A DNA stretch of 62,940 nucleotides, counting the filler, from Folioceros fuciformis (taxonomy: Eukaryota): the NCBI GenBank assembly GCA_049999805.1. It is 4 parts of 4 records of this genome, joined end to end, with 100 filler letters (N's around TTAATTAATTAA, not from the genome) between each part and the next. Parts side by side here need not be neighbours in the genome. Positions count along the whole stretch, not along the records: positions 1 to 29,365 come from JBNGIO010004090.1; 3 more parts are not named here. One strand, given 5' to 3'. Under the pieces are notes generated by a model, which was given only the letters and a program-made list of their open reading frames with translations, did no database searches and was not told the DNA's origin. The position numbers and the translations under genes were made by a program. Positions 13,753 to 26,580 of this stretch are shown one piece after another; position 1 is the first letter of the stretch, and the number at the start of each line of letters is the position of its first letter.

Positions 13753-16700
13753 ATGGACGGTGTGTCCGCAGCGCAACCTGGGCCTGATGCTGGAGCTGGC
13801 GGAGCATCCACATCCGGAGCCAACGATGGCGGCGCATCGGCGTCCGCATCGCAGTCCGCGGATGCCTCCGGGGTCACCGAGGACGTGCTCGGTCGCGCGC
13901 GGACTCTCATGCGCCGCATCGTTTCTAACAGGAGTAAACCCGATCCCTGCGACCTTCACTGCCTCGCCACCATTCTCGAGCAGGAGGAGCTCCGGTGGGA
14001 CCTCGTCCGCCACCCCTGCCTTGCGTCCTTGCGATTGAATGAGCTGCCAGACTCGCTTGTTGGGAGTCTTAGTTGTACACTGCTTCGGGGGCCACCCGGG
14101 AGCTCCTGGTTACCGTCCGTGGGGTTGGATTGGACTTGCGCCAGTTCGACGCTTGGAGCTGGTCCTCAAGTTGTAGCTTTGGAGCTCCCCGCCGCAGGCC
14201 GATGCAATTCCAGGCTTTCGGACTGTGGCAGTTTTCTGTGGTGTGTGGTAGACATTGGCAGCTGCACAGCTGAGCTAGCTTGCTGAGGTCGTGCATTGGC
14301 TACGTGCACCTGAGCTAGTCTGCCGAGGTCGTGCATTTGCTACTCCTGCGGATTGGCCGTAGGGGAATGTGCATGCGCCGTTGGAAGATTGTCGCTGCCA
14401 AGTCCCGAGTCCTGGACGTGTGTGAATCCAGTCCTGAGTCCTGGATGTCTGCAAACGTTTGTTGTATGGGCTGTGGTGTCTCGGGGTTTGGTGCCGCTTT
14501 CTCATGTGTCGTTTTTCTTCCTATTCTAGGTTTGAGCAGCAAGGGGGTCACACCAATAACTCGCGTTCGGCGCACAATATAGGCAGGCTGGTGTCCATGT
14601 TGAGAGTAATCTCCTCATCTCCTCTTGTTTTCTTCCAAAGATGTTGTATGCTGTTATTCGTCCCGGCGAGTATGTGAAATTTTGTGTGTGGGTTTCCTCC
14701 TTGCAGGATGACGATGAGTTCTTTGAGCTCTTGTCCACAAACCTGTTGGTAGACAGTATCTACTCCACAAAAACACGCGCAGCAGCAGCTCGACTTTTGT
14801 ATTCTTGTGTTTCCGGCTGGGTGGTAATCTCTTTTTTTTACAGCGGTTTTTCATCGGAAGGGATCTTGGAGATGGTGGCAAGCATGCTGATTGATGATGT
14901 CTCCTCGGTTGGCATTCCAGTACCCACACGATTTCGAGGAGGCGGTTGTGAATAAGATCAAGGAATGGGTTGTTGAAGATATACTCCAAGATGGGATATC
15001 TCACAGGAGTTCACGGAGAAAAACCATCTCTAGTGTAGAGGATGTGGACCGTGAAATTCTCAGGACGCATGCAACTGGCCTCTTGGCTTTAGCGTTGGCT
15101 GGGTATGTTTCGCCCTGCGTGTTATTTTCAGCCGACTCTATGTCATTCCAGTTTTTTCTTCTTTCACATGCGCGCTGTAATCTATGTTGTAATTGCAGAT
15201 CTGATATAGTTGATGAAGTCTTGGGAAGTGGTATGGTCTCCAAGTTCATGCACTACCTTCGTATTCAAGTCCTTGGTCACGAGGCTATTGAACCCCCAAG
15301 TTCGGACAGCCGGTCAAATGCGGGTGTTGGTGCTGCTCGTGGAAGGGATGAGTGTCGAGGGCGAACTCGACCTCCCTTGGATGATGGATCGCTGGGTGAA
15401 AAGCCAGCGAATGAGCCATTCTTTCAGGAGCCTTCTGTTGATGGTACGGCTGAGGGCGATGGGGAACGTGATGATGACACGAATAATCTGGCGGATCAAC
15501 ATCCGGTAGATGCGATCTCTTACGCACTAGGGACTTCTGAGGCCAAGCCGAGCATGCACGATTCAACAGAGGAAGGTGATTACACCACTGAAGATAGACG
15601 GAGGAGGAAAGACCGGAGAGATGGGAAGAGTAGAGGTTTGGACTGGAGTAGGAATCACCGTGATGTTGAGACAGAAGAGCTTGGAAAATTGGAGGCAGCT
15701 AGGCGTTGCGGTGACGTTAGGGACCGTGTAGGTGGTCGAGGTAGAGGGAAGGGCAGGGCCGGCGATGTGTTGAATGATACTGTACAATATTGTTCTGGTG
15801 TAAGAGATGCCAGCCAAGCTCGAAGGGCTCTTCTGGATAGAAGTGGCGGTTCAGACTCTGTTATGGCCTGTGACATGGATACTGCCCTAACAGACAGTGA
15901 TGCTGGTCTCTCTGATCATTTCAGGCCCTATGAGGATAACAGCAGGAGCCTGGTGATTGGGAGTCTGGATTTATCTGCAGTGGTTAGGCAGGCTTCCAGT
16001 GCTGCTGAAGCTGAGGCAAGGGCTGCCCAGGCCCTACCAGAAGCGGTTAAGGTTGCAGGGGATGCAGCTGCTGAACTTGTTAGATTTGCGGCAACAGAGG
16101 TGATGCGATAACATTTTTCATGTCCTGTGCTATTTTATTGTGTAGATGTGCTCTTCATTTACTTGAGATGTCGTGTGGTCTAATTGTGTGTGTGTGTGTG
16201 TGTGTGTTTTTCTTTTTGGTAAAGTTAACATTCTTCTTGGCCGTACTAGGCTTTAGGAGAAACGAATGACTTGGACGCCGCACTAGCAGCAGCGGAAGCA
16301 GCAGTGGCCTCAGTCGTGGATGCTGGAAGGGCAACAGCAGTGAGCAGGTCTGTTATGTTCTGGTCTGGAATGCTTTGGTCAGGTTGGATTTATGCAAATC
16401 AAGTTCAGGCGGTGAATGATGTTCATCTGTGGTCATCAGCAGTGCTCCAATTGCCTCTGGAGACACTTTTGTTGAGAGTAATATAGGTCAGAAGGCCACA
16501 GAGGAACACTTGTGCGATTTGGATACTCAGAGAGGGGATTGTCAAATGGACATTGAAGTGTTGGCCTTCCTAAGAGAGCGCTTCTGTGTTCAATGCTTGG
16601 AGAAGATGGGAGAGTATGTTGAAGTACTGGGTCCTATACTTCATGAAAAAGGAGTGGACGTCTGTCTAGCATTGCTAGAGCGTGGAGCGAAGGACAGCTT

Positions 16701-19700
16701 GTCTGTCAGAGACATGGGAATGCTGACAGATGTACTGAAACTCATCTGTGCTTTCTCTGCACATCGTAAATTTGCAGCTCTTTTCGTGGATCGTGGCGGT
16801 GTACAAAAGCTTCTTGCCACCCCACGAATCCCACAGACCCTCTCTGGCATCTCTCTCTGCTTTTCTGCTTTGGCTTCGTTGCAGGTACTTGTTTTGCTTG
16901 GATGGGGTCTTTTATCTTTGTAGCCTACTGATCGGAAGTTAACTTCAAAAATCTGTGTTCATTTGTTGCGTCAACTGTTGCTCCAGGGTGTTGTTATGGA
17001 GCGCGTCTGTGCTTTGCCTACGCCCATAGTGCATGAGATCGTAGCTCTGGCCCTTCAGCTCCTAGGGAGCTATCAAGATCCAGCTCGACGGCATGCTGCC
17101 GTGTTTTTTGGAGCTGCATTTGTGTTCCGAGCGGTCTTGGACGCCTTTGATAGTCAAGATGGGCTCCAAAAATTTTTGCTTGTTCTAGGAAATGCTGCCA
17201 TGTTGAGGACTGGGGGGTTTTCTGCAGCACCAGGTACCAGTTCAATTTCAGCAGGCTCGAGAAGTGACCGGGGATCGGGTGCAGAGGTATTGACCTCCTC
17301 AGGAAAGCACATTGCCTTCCAGACATGTGTGGCATTGCGGCAGTACTTCCGAGCTCATTTTGTGCTAGTTGTCGAGTCACTGCGTCCTTCAAAAGGTCAT
17401 CGAAGTGGTTCCCGAGGCACAGCTAATTCCAGGGCTTTTTACAAGCCCTTGGATCTTAGCAACGAGGCAATTGAGTCCCTGATTACTCAGCTGCAGCGGG
17501 ACAGGAAGTTGGGCCCAGCTTTTGTGCGTTGTAAATGGATTGCACTTGAAAAATTTATGGAGTCGACGGGGCACATCACTTTATTACAGCTTACCCAGGT
17601 ACATTCCCGGCATTCCCAGTTTTACGCTTCCAGCTGCATACGTTTATGTGAAGATCATGTTTGAGCTCAACTTTCAACGTTTGACTGTGCTGTCTTTAGC
17701 GTTGGCAGGCCGCACCTGGCGACAGGTATTTGAATGACATTGCCCGGCATGCACTGGATGTACTGCAAATAGTTACTTTAATGCCGTTAATTCGACGACC
17801 GGTGGTAGGAGCCACACTCTGGAATGAACGTTCTGGAATGGCTGTTATTCTGGAAGCAGCAAGTGGGGCAGCATTTGGGGATCCGGAGGTACTTCAGCTG
17901 GCACATCGATTTGTAAGCTTTTGCTGTGGGAGGGGGTATATGTGTCAACTGTGTAGAGTCATTGACTCCCATGTGTTCTGGATGCAGGTCCTTCAAGTAG
18001 CCCTAATGGTGCTAGTTAATCTGGTTTGTCCACCACCATCGCTGTGCAGTCGTCCCTTGGTCCCTAGCACACCTGCTGGGCAGCAGGTTCAGAATAGTGG
18101 GGTAGGATCACAACCAGCTTCTGGTCTAGGATCATCCGGGGGTAATGGTGAGGGGCGAGAACGTCTATTTAAGGATCCAACACTTGAGAGAATCATGATG
18201 CAAACTCCAAGTGCCGGAACACCTGGTTCAGCAGTTGTGGGGGATCGTAGAATCTCTCTTGGGCCAGGGGCAGGGNNNNNNNNNNNNNNNNNNNNNNNNN
18301 NNNNNNNNNNNNNNNNNNNNNNNNNNNNNNNNNNNNNNNNNNNNNNNNNNNNNNNNNNNNNNNNNNNNNNNNNNNAGGGGCAGGGGGCTCTGGTATGGCG
18401 TCATTCATAGAGCATGGTTATCGTGTTGCTCGTGAGGCAGTGCGTTCAAACAATGGAATTCGAGTTCTCTTGCACCTACTCTATCCTCGCGTAGTTTACC
18501 CGGCAACTGCTCTTGACCGGATTCGGGCTTTGGCATGTCGTGTGCTCCTCGGACTGGCCAGAGATGACACCATTGCTCATATTTTGACAAAGCTTCAGGT
18601 ATGTCATGGCCCCTAAGTTGGTTGCTGGTTTTCACCTCGTCAGAGTTAATGGGCCATAAGGTGATGCTTTCTAGCATGCAAATTGATGCTGTCAATCATG
18701 TTTCAGGTTGGCAAGATACTGTCTGAATTGTTGAGGGACGGAAGTGCAGCAGGGCGAGATTCGGGTTCTGCTGTAGGTGGGGAACAAGGAAGGTGGCAGG
18801 CTGAGCTTAGCCGGGTGGCCCTAGATCTTATTGCAGTGAGTTATCATACGCAGGTTTCATAATGATCAGCAATTGTGTGAGGATTTGCATTGGTGGGAAA
18901 TCTATATGCTTGGGTTTCTGGATGCAGATCGTGACAACTGCGGGAAGAGCCAGCACTGTTGCTGCTAGTGAAGCGGCTGCACCAACACTCCGGAGGATTG
19001 AAAGAGCTGCTATTGCAGCTGCCACTCCTATTAGCTATCATTCAAGGTTCTGGTTTTTCTGTTCCTTCCTTCTTTATGCCTTGTGCTTGCTAAGCGTTTT
19101 TTGAGTTTGCTTGACATATTTCACGGCAAGGGTTGTATTGCAAGATTATCAACTTCATGAGAAGCTTGTTGTGTTGCACAGAGAACTGCTTCAGCTTATT
19201 CATGAACATCTCAAGGCTTGTGGACTTCAAGATTCGGCTAGTGCCCTTATGAGGGAGGCCCAACTGACTCCATTGCTGCCTTCGCTGGTCCCTGGGGCTC
19301 TAAGCCTCCGTGTTTCGCCCTATGAGGACAAGATGGATTTTATGCAATGGCCCACTGGGCGTGTACCTGGAGGATTTTTTGACTCTCATCCACAGTTGAG
19401 CAGGGAAAGGGAGTTGAACACATCTGTGAACTCAGGTACAAGTAGCAGGAGGACTCCCGGGTTTTCTGCTGGGCTGGGAGTTTCCAACGCTACTCCAGGA
19501 AAAAAAGCTCTGGCTGGAAAGGATGGCAAGGCGCCTGGCAGCCGTGATCAGGAAGCTCATGCTGGACCTAGCAAGATCAGCAATGCCGAGTCAGAGAATG
19601 TATCCAAAACCCCATCACGTGGACTATCTTTGAAGCGTAAGGCCAATGACAAAGAGTTGTCAACTATGTCTCCTAACAAGCGGGTTGCTCCGTCTGATGC

Positions 19701-21648
19701 AGCTTTTCCATCCTTCCCCCCATCAGCCTTCTATACACCTGCCCAGTCTCGTCTCAGAAGCAGTTTTTCCTTGGATGCCAGTTATCCAACACCTACGACC
19801 ACTATAAGCTCACAAGATAGTCTGCCAAGGCCTGTGTTGTTTGGAACAGCGGAAAAGGCAGAAGCTGCTAGTTGGCCGAATGACCCAGCACATGCAGTTG
19901 AACAGTTGCCATCGCATGCTCCTCACATTCATAGCTCAAGCCTCTCACAGGGTCCTCATTACCCAACAAACTCACCTTTGCTTCCAGATACCCGCTGCCC
20001 TGCTGAGAGGGCCACCTTAGATTCACTGGTGGTGCAATATCTCAAGCACCAGCACAGACAGTGTCCAGCGCCTATAACAACTTTGCCTCCCCTTTCTCTT
20101 CTGCATCCCCATATGTGCCCTGAGCCTAGTAGGAGCTTAGATGCGCCCTTGAATATAGCTGGAAGACTGGCTGCGCGGGAGATTTGTCCTCCACATGGGG
20201 GTCTTCATGGACGCAAGCGAGATCGTCACTTCGTTTACAGCAGGTTCCGACCATTACGATCATGCCGGGATGATGTTGGTGCACTGTTGACGACTACGAC
20301 ATTCCTGGGACGCGCCGCCTATCTTGCAGCTGGAAGTCAGGCTGGAGATATTCGGATCTTTGATTCTAGCTCAGGGAACACCCTCGAAATACAAACTTGT
20401 CATACATATCCGATCTTATCGGTGCAGTGTGCCCCTCGGGAGTTATCGACTGCTGCAGAGGTATTGACTTCCCATTCATCTTATCTGCTACTGTCATCTA
20501 CTACTCAGGATACTCGCCTTTGGGATTCATCAGCCTTGAGCAGTGGGCCTCTCCACATTTTTGATGGTTGTAAAGCTGCTCGCTTCAATCATAGTGGAAC
20601 TCGATTTGGTGGTATAGAGCCAACACTAAAGGAGGTGTTGCTTTATGATGTCAGCACTGGGAAACTGGAGCAAAAGCTGACGGATAGTGTTGTGGGTGCA
20701 CTACGATCACATAATCAAGCTTATGTTCACTTTAGTCCCACAGATACATTAGTGCTGTGGAATGGAGTGTTGTGGGATCACCGAATGTTTCTCTCTATCC
20801 ATAAGTTTGACCAGTTCACGGATTATGGTGGTGGTGGTTTCCATCCTGCAGGCAATGAGGTGAGACTTGCAGGTTGTTGGTCATCTATTTACCCCTATTT
20901 TTAACAATGCACTGTCCTTGAAAGAGGCTCTTGATGATCTGCTCACTGTGAAGTGACGTTGTTGTGATTGACGCAGGTTATCATCAACTCAGAAGTCTGG
21001 GATTTGCGCTCTTACAAACTTCTGCGAAGTGTTCCAGCCCTTGATCAGACTGTTATCAACTTCAATGCCACTGCAGATGTAATATATGCCTATCTTCGCC
21101 GTAGTAGTGATGATATCTTGGCTGCTGTGAACTCTAAAAGAAGCCGTCATGAGCTGTTTTCTTCCTTCAGGACACTAGATGCTGTTGACTATTCCGACAT
21201 AGCGACCACAGCGGTGGATCGCTGTGTTCTGGACCTTGCTACGGAGTCTACTGATTCTTCCATAGCAGTTGTCGGCCTTGATGGACCTGATCAAATGGAG
21301 TCGATAGTAAGGCTTTATGAAGTGGGACGGCGGCGACCAACTGATGACGATTCTGATCCAGATGATGGTGGGGAATCTGAGGAAGAGGAAGAAAGTGAGG
21401 GAGAAGATGAGGATGAGGATGGAGACTTACATGGAGACGACTCAGACATTGACCTTCGCAGCGCTGGGGATGGCAGTGGCGATGATGCTGACTTTGCAAG
21501 CACTGATGAGGACATCAGTGATCGGGTAACAGGAGATATTTTGGAGCTGATATCTGATGACGATGAGGATGATCATAGTAGAGGTGGTTTCAGCAGTGGT
21601 GATGAATCCGAAGGGGACTTTGACGTCTATGCAGATGGTATTCGTTAG
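13753..21648 (+). CDS. DCAF1: DDB1- and CUL4-associated factor 1 (VPRBP homolog)
   Basis: Multi-exon. DDDEFFEL, LICAFSAHRKFAALFVDRGGVQKLL, LRRIERAAIAAATPISY, LisH (ELLQLIHEHLKACGLQDSASALMREA), TLDSLVVQYLKHQHRQCPAPI, WD40 repeats with HKFDQF and FHPAGNE|VIINSEVWDLR, acidic tail. Alternative in-frame ATG at 13681. Confidence 0.95.
16185..16206 (+). repeat. (TG)11 microsatellite in a DCAF1 intron
   Basis: Read directly. Confidence 0.9.
18276..18375. other. 100-N scaffold gap inside a DCAF1 exon, probably a spurious overlap gap
   Basis: AGGGGCAGGG occurs on both sides; merging the flanks restores the frame (SLGPGAGGSGMASFIEHGY). Confidence 0.8.
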
Positions 21649-21958
21649 TCCTACTTAGGGAGTCCGTTGTTTGGCATTTTTGTAATGCTCAACACCTCCA
21701 TGCGATTTAGGGTGGTGATAGACGAAACAGTCTTCAGTTTTGAGGTGAAGCATACACGAACCTGTTAGGCCGGACCTTGTACAGAAGTGAGGCTGGCACA
21801 GGCGATAGGGAATTTGCTCTGCGTTGTAAAAGTTGGCTAAATGGACGGCCAATAGCAGATCTGTCTAAAGGAACGCATCAAACATCTGGGAGACCAAAAC
21901 GACAAGACTATTGTCCTATGAGTGTTTCATATGTATTGTTGTAACGTCCACAAGCTGA

Positions 21959-23479
21959 CTATGTGTAAGCCTGGTGGTGGGTTGCCTTGGGCTTCACCTT
22001 CTGGGGTCTATCACAAGTCAGGCATTTTCTCACTTTGGCAGCCCACAGGTCCAAGCAACATGGATAACAAACGTTCACGTGTCCGCACGTGTACAAGGCC
22101 CGTTGTCTAGTGGGCTCGAATACCTTGGTGCACACGCTGCATTTGTTGCACTGGACCTGGGCCGCTTTCTCTGGCTCTCTCTTGGCTTGCTCGACTTCTT
22201 CCTTCATCTTTTCCTGCTTTGCCAGGGTCTCTTCGAGTAACAGTTCCTTTTCTTTCTGCTGCTGGTCTTTCAGGTTCATAAGTTCTCGGTTTTGCTTCTC
22301 TTGCAGCTCCACCTTCCTCTTGTTTTGCTGCTCCGCTAACTTAGCAAGTGCCGTCTCCATCTTGACTCGCAGTTCATAGTGGAAGTTGACATTCTTCATC
22401 GCAGCCAGCTGTCTTTGTTCTGCCTGACGTTTCCTGGACAAGTCCTCCTTCTGCTCGCGAAGCAATTCACATGCCTGGGTCTCCTTGGCATTTTCTGCCT
22501 CCCACATCTCCTTGTTTCTCTCCAGCGCTTCTCTGATTCGTGACTCTGTCTGACGATATTGGAGTAAAACGATTTCCTTCTCGTCCTCATGCTGCATCTT
22601 CCTTTGAGCCAGCAGGGTCTCGTGCTCCCTCTGAAGCTTCTCCTCCAGTCGTTTCCGCGACAGAATATCCAGCCTCTTCTGCTCCAGCTCCTGCGTCAAC
22701 CTCCCTAGATCGGTCGCTGCCGTCTCAAGCGTCAACGCGATTTCCTTCTTCTGTTCCTCCAACATCTTCAGCCTCCGTTTCTGCTCCTCTCTCTCTCTCT
22801 GGGCGTTGTCCAGAGGCCTGAGCACTTTCTCCGTCTTACTCTCCACCGTCCATCTTTTGAGCACTCTTCTGTCCCGGTCTATCTCCTCCAAATCCCTGGG
22901 CTGCGCGAGGTAGCCGTAAATGATTCTCTTACCGTCGTCGCTCACAAGCTCGGGGGTATCCCATCCCCCGATGGCCCACGGATTAGCATCACGGGGCCTC
23001 ACTCTCATGAACGTGTCCCTGCCCCTGTTACTCCTTTGAAGTAGCTCATGCAAATCCTCAGCCTCCATGAACCCCAAGTACGTCGGTGCAAAGGTGATCA
23101 GTGTCCTTCCCCGATGCCCCCGTGGACCATAGAGGCAAAGAACCCTGTTGAACTCAATATCCTTCTTCAGCCCTCGCACAAACATGCGTATTTCATCGTT
23201 ATCCAACCCTCGGATCCTCTTGGTCGCAGGGTCGTATCCCACCCTGGTATTCTCCAGCACAATAACAGGAGGCCACACGATCGACACATCCTCACGATTC
23301 TCCGATCTCCGGTGCACATGCACAGCTCCTCCCTCATTCACACGTTCTTTCTCCTTGGTCTCAGGCTCAGATCCCACTCTGGTCCTCTCCTGAACGTCGC
23401 TCACACCATCCTCAGTCTCCCCCATCATCTCATCCTCATTCCGCACCTCTCCGTCTTCCATGGCGCCTGAGAATTTCAT
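21959..23479 (-). CDS. Intronless SGS3-like protein: XS domain + coiled coil + C-terminal C3HC4 RING
   Basis: Single 506-aa ORF. XS motifs IVWPPVIVLEN, YGPRGHRG, GFMEAEDLH, RIIYGYLA; SGS3-like KMQHE in the coiled coil; C-terminal CSVC-x14-CGH-x3-CYPC-x11-CLTC. Start at 23479 or 23461. Confidence 0.85.
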   Translation of the reverse strand: MKFSGAMEDGEVRNEDEMMGETEDGVSDVQERTRVGSEPETKEKERVNEGGAVHVHRRSENREDVSIVWPPVIVLENTRVGYDPATKRIRGLDNDEIRMFVRGLKKDIEFNRVLCLYGPRGHRGRTLITFAPTYLGFMEAEDLHELLQRSNRGRDTFMRVRPRDANPWAIGGWDTPELVSDDGKRIIYGYLAQPRDLEEIDRDRRVLKRWTVESKTEKVLRPLDNAQREREEQKRRLKMLEEQKKEIALTLETAATDLGRLTQELEQKRLDILSRKRLEEKLQREHETLLAQRKMQHEDEKEIVLLQYRQTESRIREALERNKEMWEAENAKETQACELLREQKEDLSRKRQAEQRQLAAMKNVNFHYELRVKMETALAKLAEQQNKRKVELQEKQNRELMNLKDQQQKEKELLLEETLAKQEKMKEEVEQAKREPEKAAQVQCNKCSVCTKVFEPTRQRALYTCGHVNVCYPCCLDLWAAKVRKCLTCDRPQKVKPKATHHQAYT

Positions 23480-24424
23480 ACGAAATACAATTCACGTCAA
23501 TTATGCCCCTTCCTCGTCCACGCTCTGCCAGGTTCAGCCCGCCATCCTCGCCCACCACTGGTGCAGCGCATGCAAAGGATCGGACACGTCTTGGCTCCGT
23601 CCTGCAGCCGCCACCAGTGTCGAGACTGAGAGCTTAGAAATGGCCTACGAGACGACTCAAATTTGAACTGATCAAGGGTTCGAACCCGAGTGGACGAACC
23701 GGGGGCGGGTGGGGATGTACGTTGGAAGTCGTGAATCGCACTGGACTTCTCCCGCCGAGAAGACAGGAGTGAGAGCCTGATGACTCTGAAGCTGGTTCCC
23801 GGCCTGCGGTGGCGGGATCCTTCAGGCAGGCTGCTGTGGACAAGGCTGGCGCGCCAAGGCAGATCGTACGGGTTGTGTCAGCCGGACCAGGACTGATGAG
23901 CACTCAGGGCATCTGATGCATGTGTGAGCGCCTATTGGTGTGGGAGCCTGTTCCAAGAGAGAGACGGAGGGAGAGACCAACGGCTTGACCGTGCGAGCTG
24001 CACCCAAAGTGCATTGAGGGTGCCCCAGCTGTGGCCGTGGATTTTGTCTGCTGGTCAGAGCGTGGATCGGGGAGGCTTGCCCTTGAGGCATTCGCCATAG
24101 CTGCTTGCGAGTTCACTGGGTTGGGGAGTTTGTCATGCGACAGTAGCAGAGGCAGACCAGTTTGTTCCCGGTACGTACCGTGCGCGCTCAACGTCTTGTG
24201 CAGCATTGATTGCTGTTGTCGCTAGTGGTGCAGAGGGGTAGCGTAGGAGAAGTGGGGTGGAGACTGCACTTGCAGTTGCTGTTCTGCCCGTAAAGAGGAC
24301 GCATATTTGGGAAGCGGAAGGAGTGGCAGAATAGTTAGGGACGCGTTTTGAAGGGCTCTGAGTGACGCTGCAACTCATTGTCCTTGCCTTGGTGGATCTG
24401 AATGGACGGATCATCCATGCGCAG

Positions 24425-26580
24425 ATGGATGCCATAAGGAAGCAAGCGCGGAAATTCCAGGAGCAAGTAGCGAAGCAACAGCAGGTGCTTGCTCTTTTCT
24501 GTTACTTTATTTGTCTCCTTGCTTGGGCCCTCGTGCCTGCCGCCAAGTTTGACGAAAGCGGTTTAATGCGCACAGGCCGTATTCAAGCAATTTACCGGAC
24601 ATTCTCAAGGCGATGGTGTCATTACGGATGAGGCTGAGTTGCAGCGGCATCAGCAACTAGAGAGGCTTTATACCTCGACCAGAGCTGGCAAGGTTGTATG
24701 GACCCCTACGTGGACTTGTAGGAGCTCAGCTCAATAATTTGTTAGTCTGTAAGTTGCTTGGACGACACATTCCATTGGCTCCGGTAACCTGCCGTACTGA
24801 CACTCCACCCTAATCTTTTATGTCGAACAGCATTATCAACGTGACATTGTGAGGGGAGTTGAAGGTTTGATACAATCAGGACTGAAACAAATTGAAGTCT
24901 GTGAGTTCACCACTTTCCCACCAAACTACGTTTGAGAGCTGCATTTACTTTGGGAGTCTCCTGAATGAATTGCCTTTTTTGCAGCTGCAAAACTTGCAGA
25001 TGATTGCCGCAAATATGCAACAGAGAGCCCAGGGGTTGGTGGCTCCCTTGGTAAGGCTTCGTTGCACTTCAGCAATGCATGGATGCAGGTGGAAAAGGAA
25101 AGGGATATTTTACACCGTGTACTTGGCACCCAGGTTTGGATACCAACCCCGAATTCTTTCTCTTTTTGAAATTCATTTTTATCATGGTCATGAGTTTAGC
25201 TGTTAGGTCAATCCATAAATGGTGTGGATACCTTTCGCTCATGGTTTGCTTCATTGTGTACGGTGGGCAGGTTGCAGAACCTCTGAAGGCCATGGTCATG
25301 GGGGCACCACTAGAGGATGCTCGCCACCTCACTCAGCGCTATGATCGCCTTCGTCAAGAAGCAGAGGCCCAGGTCAGTGGAAGGTGACATTGCTGGAATT
25401 GGTAGAACTACTGCTCGAACACTATGTAGTTACAGTCACCCGAAGTTGTGTTTGAGATGTACAGCTGCATCTGTGAAACACGAAGGGTTACTGTCTCTGT
25501 CTTCTTGGGGGTGGTTGTATTTTAATCAAACTGTGGGTGTTTGGCCAGGCAGCGGATGTTGGGAGGAGGCAAATGAAGAATAAAGAGGCTGGTGGAAATC
25601 TTGATAACACTGTGAAACTCCAGATGGCCGAGACAAAGCTGGCAGAACTTGCATCAGCAATGGCTGTCCTTGGGAAGGAGGCAGCTGCAGCCATGACTGC
25701 TGTAGAAGCCCAGCAACAGCGACTCACCCTTCAGAGGCTTATTGCAATGGCAAGTTGCCTCCAAAGTTCTGAAAGCTGCCATCGATTTTTTCATAAAGAA
25801 TGTCATGAAATGATGATGAGGTTTTGGTACCGGCAGTTGTTATTCATCAAATCTAGCAGCTGGCTTACGGCCCGTTGGTGTTCATGTTGCAACAGGTAGA
25901 AGCGGAACGGTCGTTTCATCAAAGAGTTGCAGAGGTCCTTGATCAGCTTCAAGCGCAGGTGCCCCTTGTTCATCCTACCATTTTTCTGCGGATGGCAGGT
26001 TGGTACTGTTCTTGTTGTATGCTGACTGATGTTTGGTGCAGATGGTGTCTGAACGACAGCGAAGTGAGTCTCTGCCACCCCCGGTTACCGGAACTCCTGT
26101 TGAAGTGGCACCTCCAGCTTACGAAGATCTAAAGCCGAATGGACAGACTACCCCGGATCCTGCTCCAGGCATTCCTGCCCAGACTGCAGCTCAGAAAGCC
26201 TTGTTCTTCCTGGCTGAGGTAGGCCACACTCCACTCTCTCGCTTGGTTAAGCGTGCCCTTTAGAGTTGTCACAGAGTTTGACGTCTCTGTGCAGGTGATG
26301 CATTCCTTTGAGGCAGAATCAGAAGGGGAACTTAGTCTCGCCGTTGGAGACTATGTTGTCGTACGTCAGGTACGGTGCACTGCCCATGAAGAGATCACTT
26401 GTATGTGTGTCTCTCAGTCACTAGCACCAGGTGAATTTTTTTGGGGTTTGGCAGGTTTCAGGCACTGGCTGGTCGGAAGGAGAATGCAAGGGCAAGGCTG
26501 GTTGGTTCCCAACGTCGTACGTGGAGCAGAGGCAGAAAGCACCCGCCAGCAAGATTGCTGGAGGCAACTCCTTTCTGTAG
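24425..26580 (+). CDS. BAR + SH3 domain protein (plant SH3P2/SH3P3-like)
   Basis: MDAIRKQARKFQEQVAKQQQ start, STRAGK|HYQRDIVRGVEG, GAPLEDARHLTQRYDRLRQEAEAQ, QQQRLTLQRLIAM|VEAER, SH3 (ELSLAVGDYVVVRQ|VSGTGWSEGECKGKAGWFP). Includes a GC-AG intron at 25750-25895. Confidence 0.93.

Noticed and set aside
13283-14038. Long overlapping ORFs (251 aa +, 231 aa -) at the DCAF1 5' end
   Set aside because: GC-rich UTR and first-exon shadow frames with no motifs.
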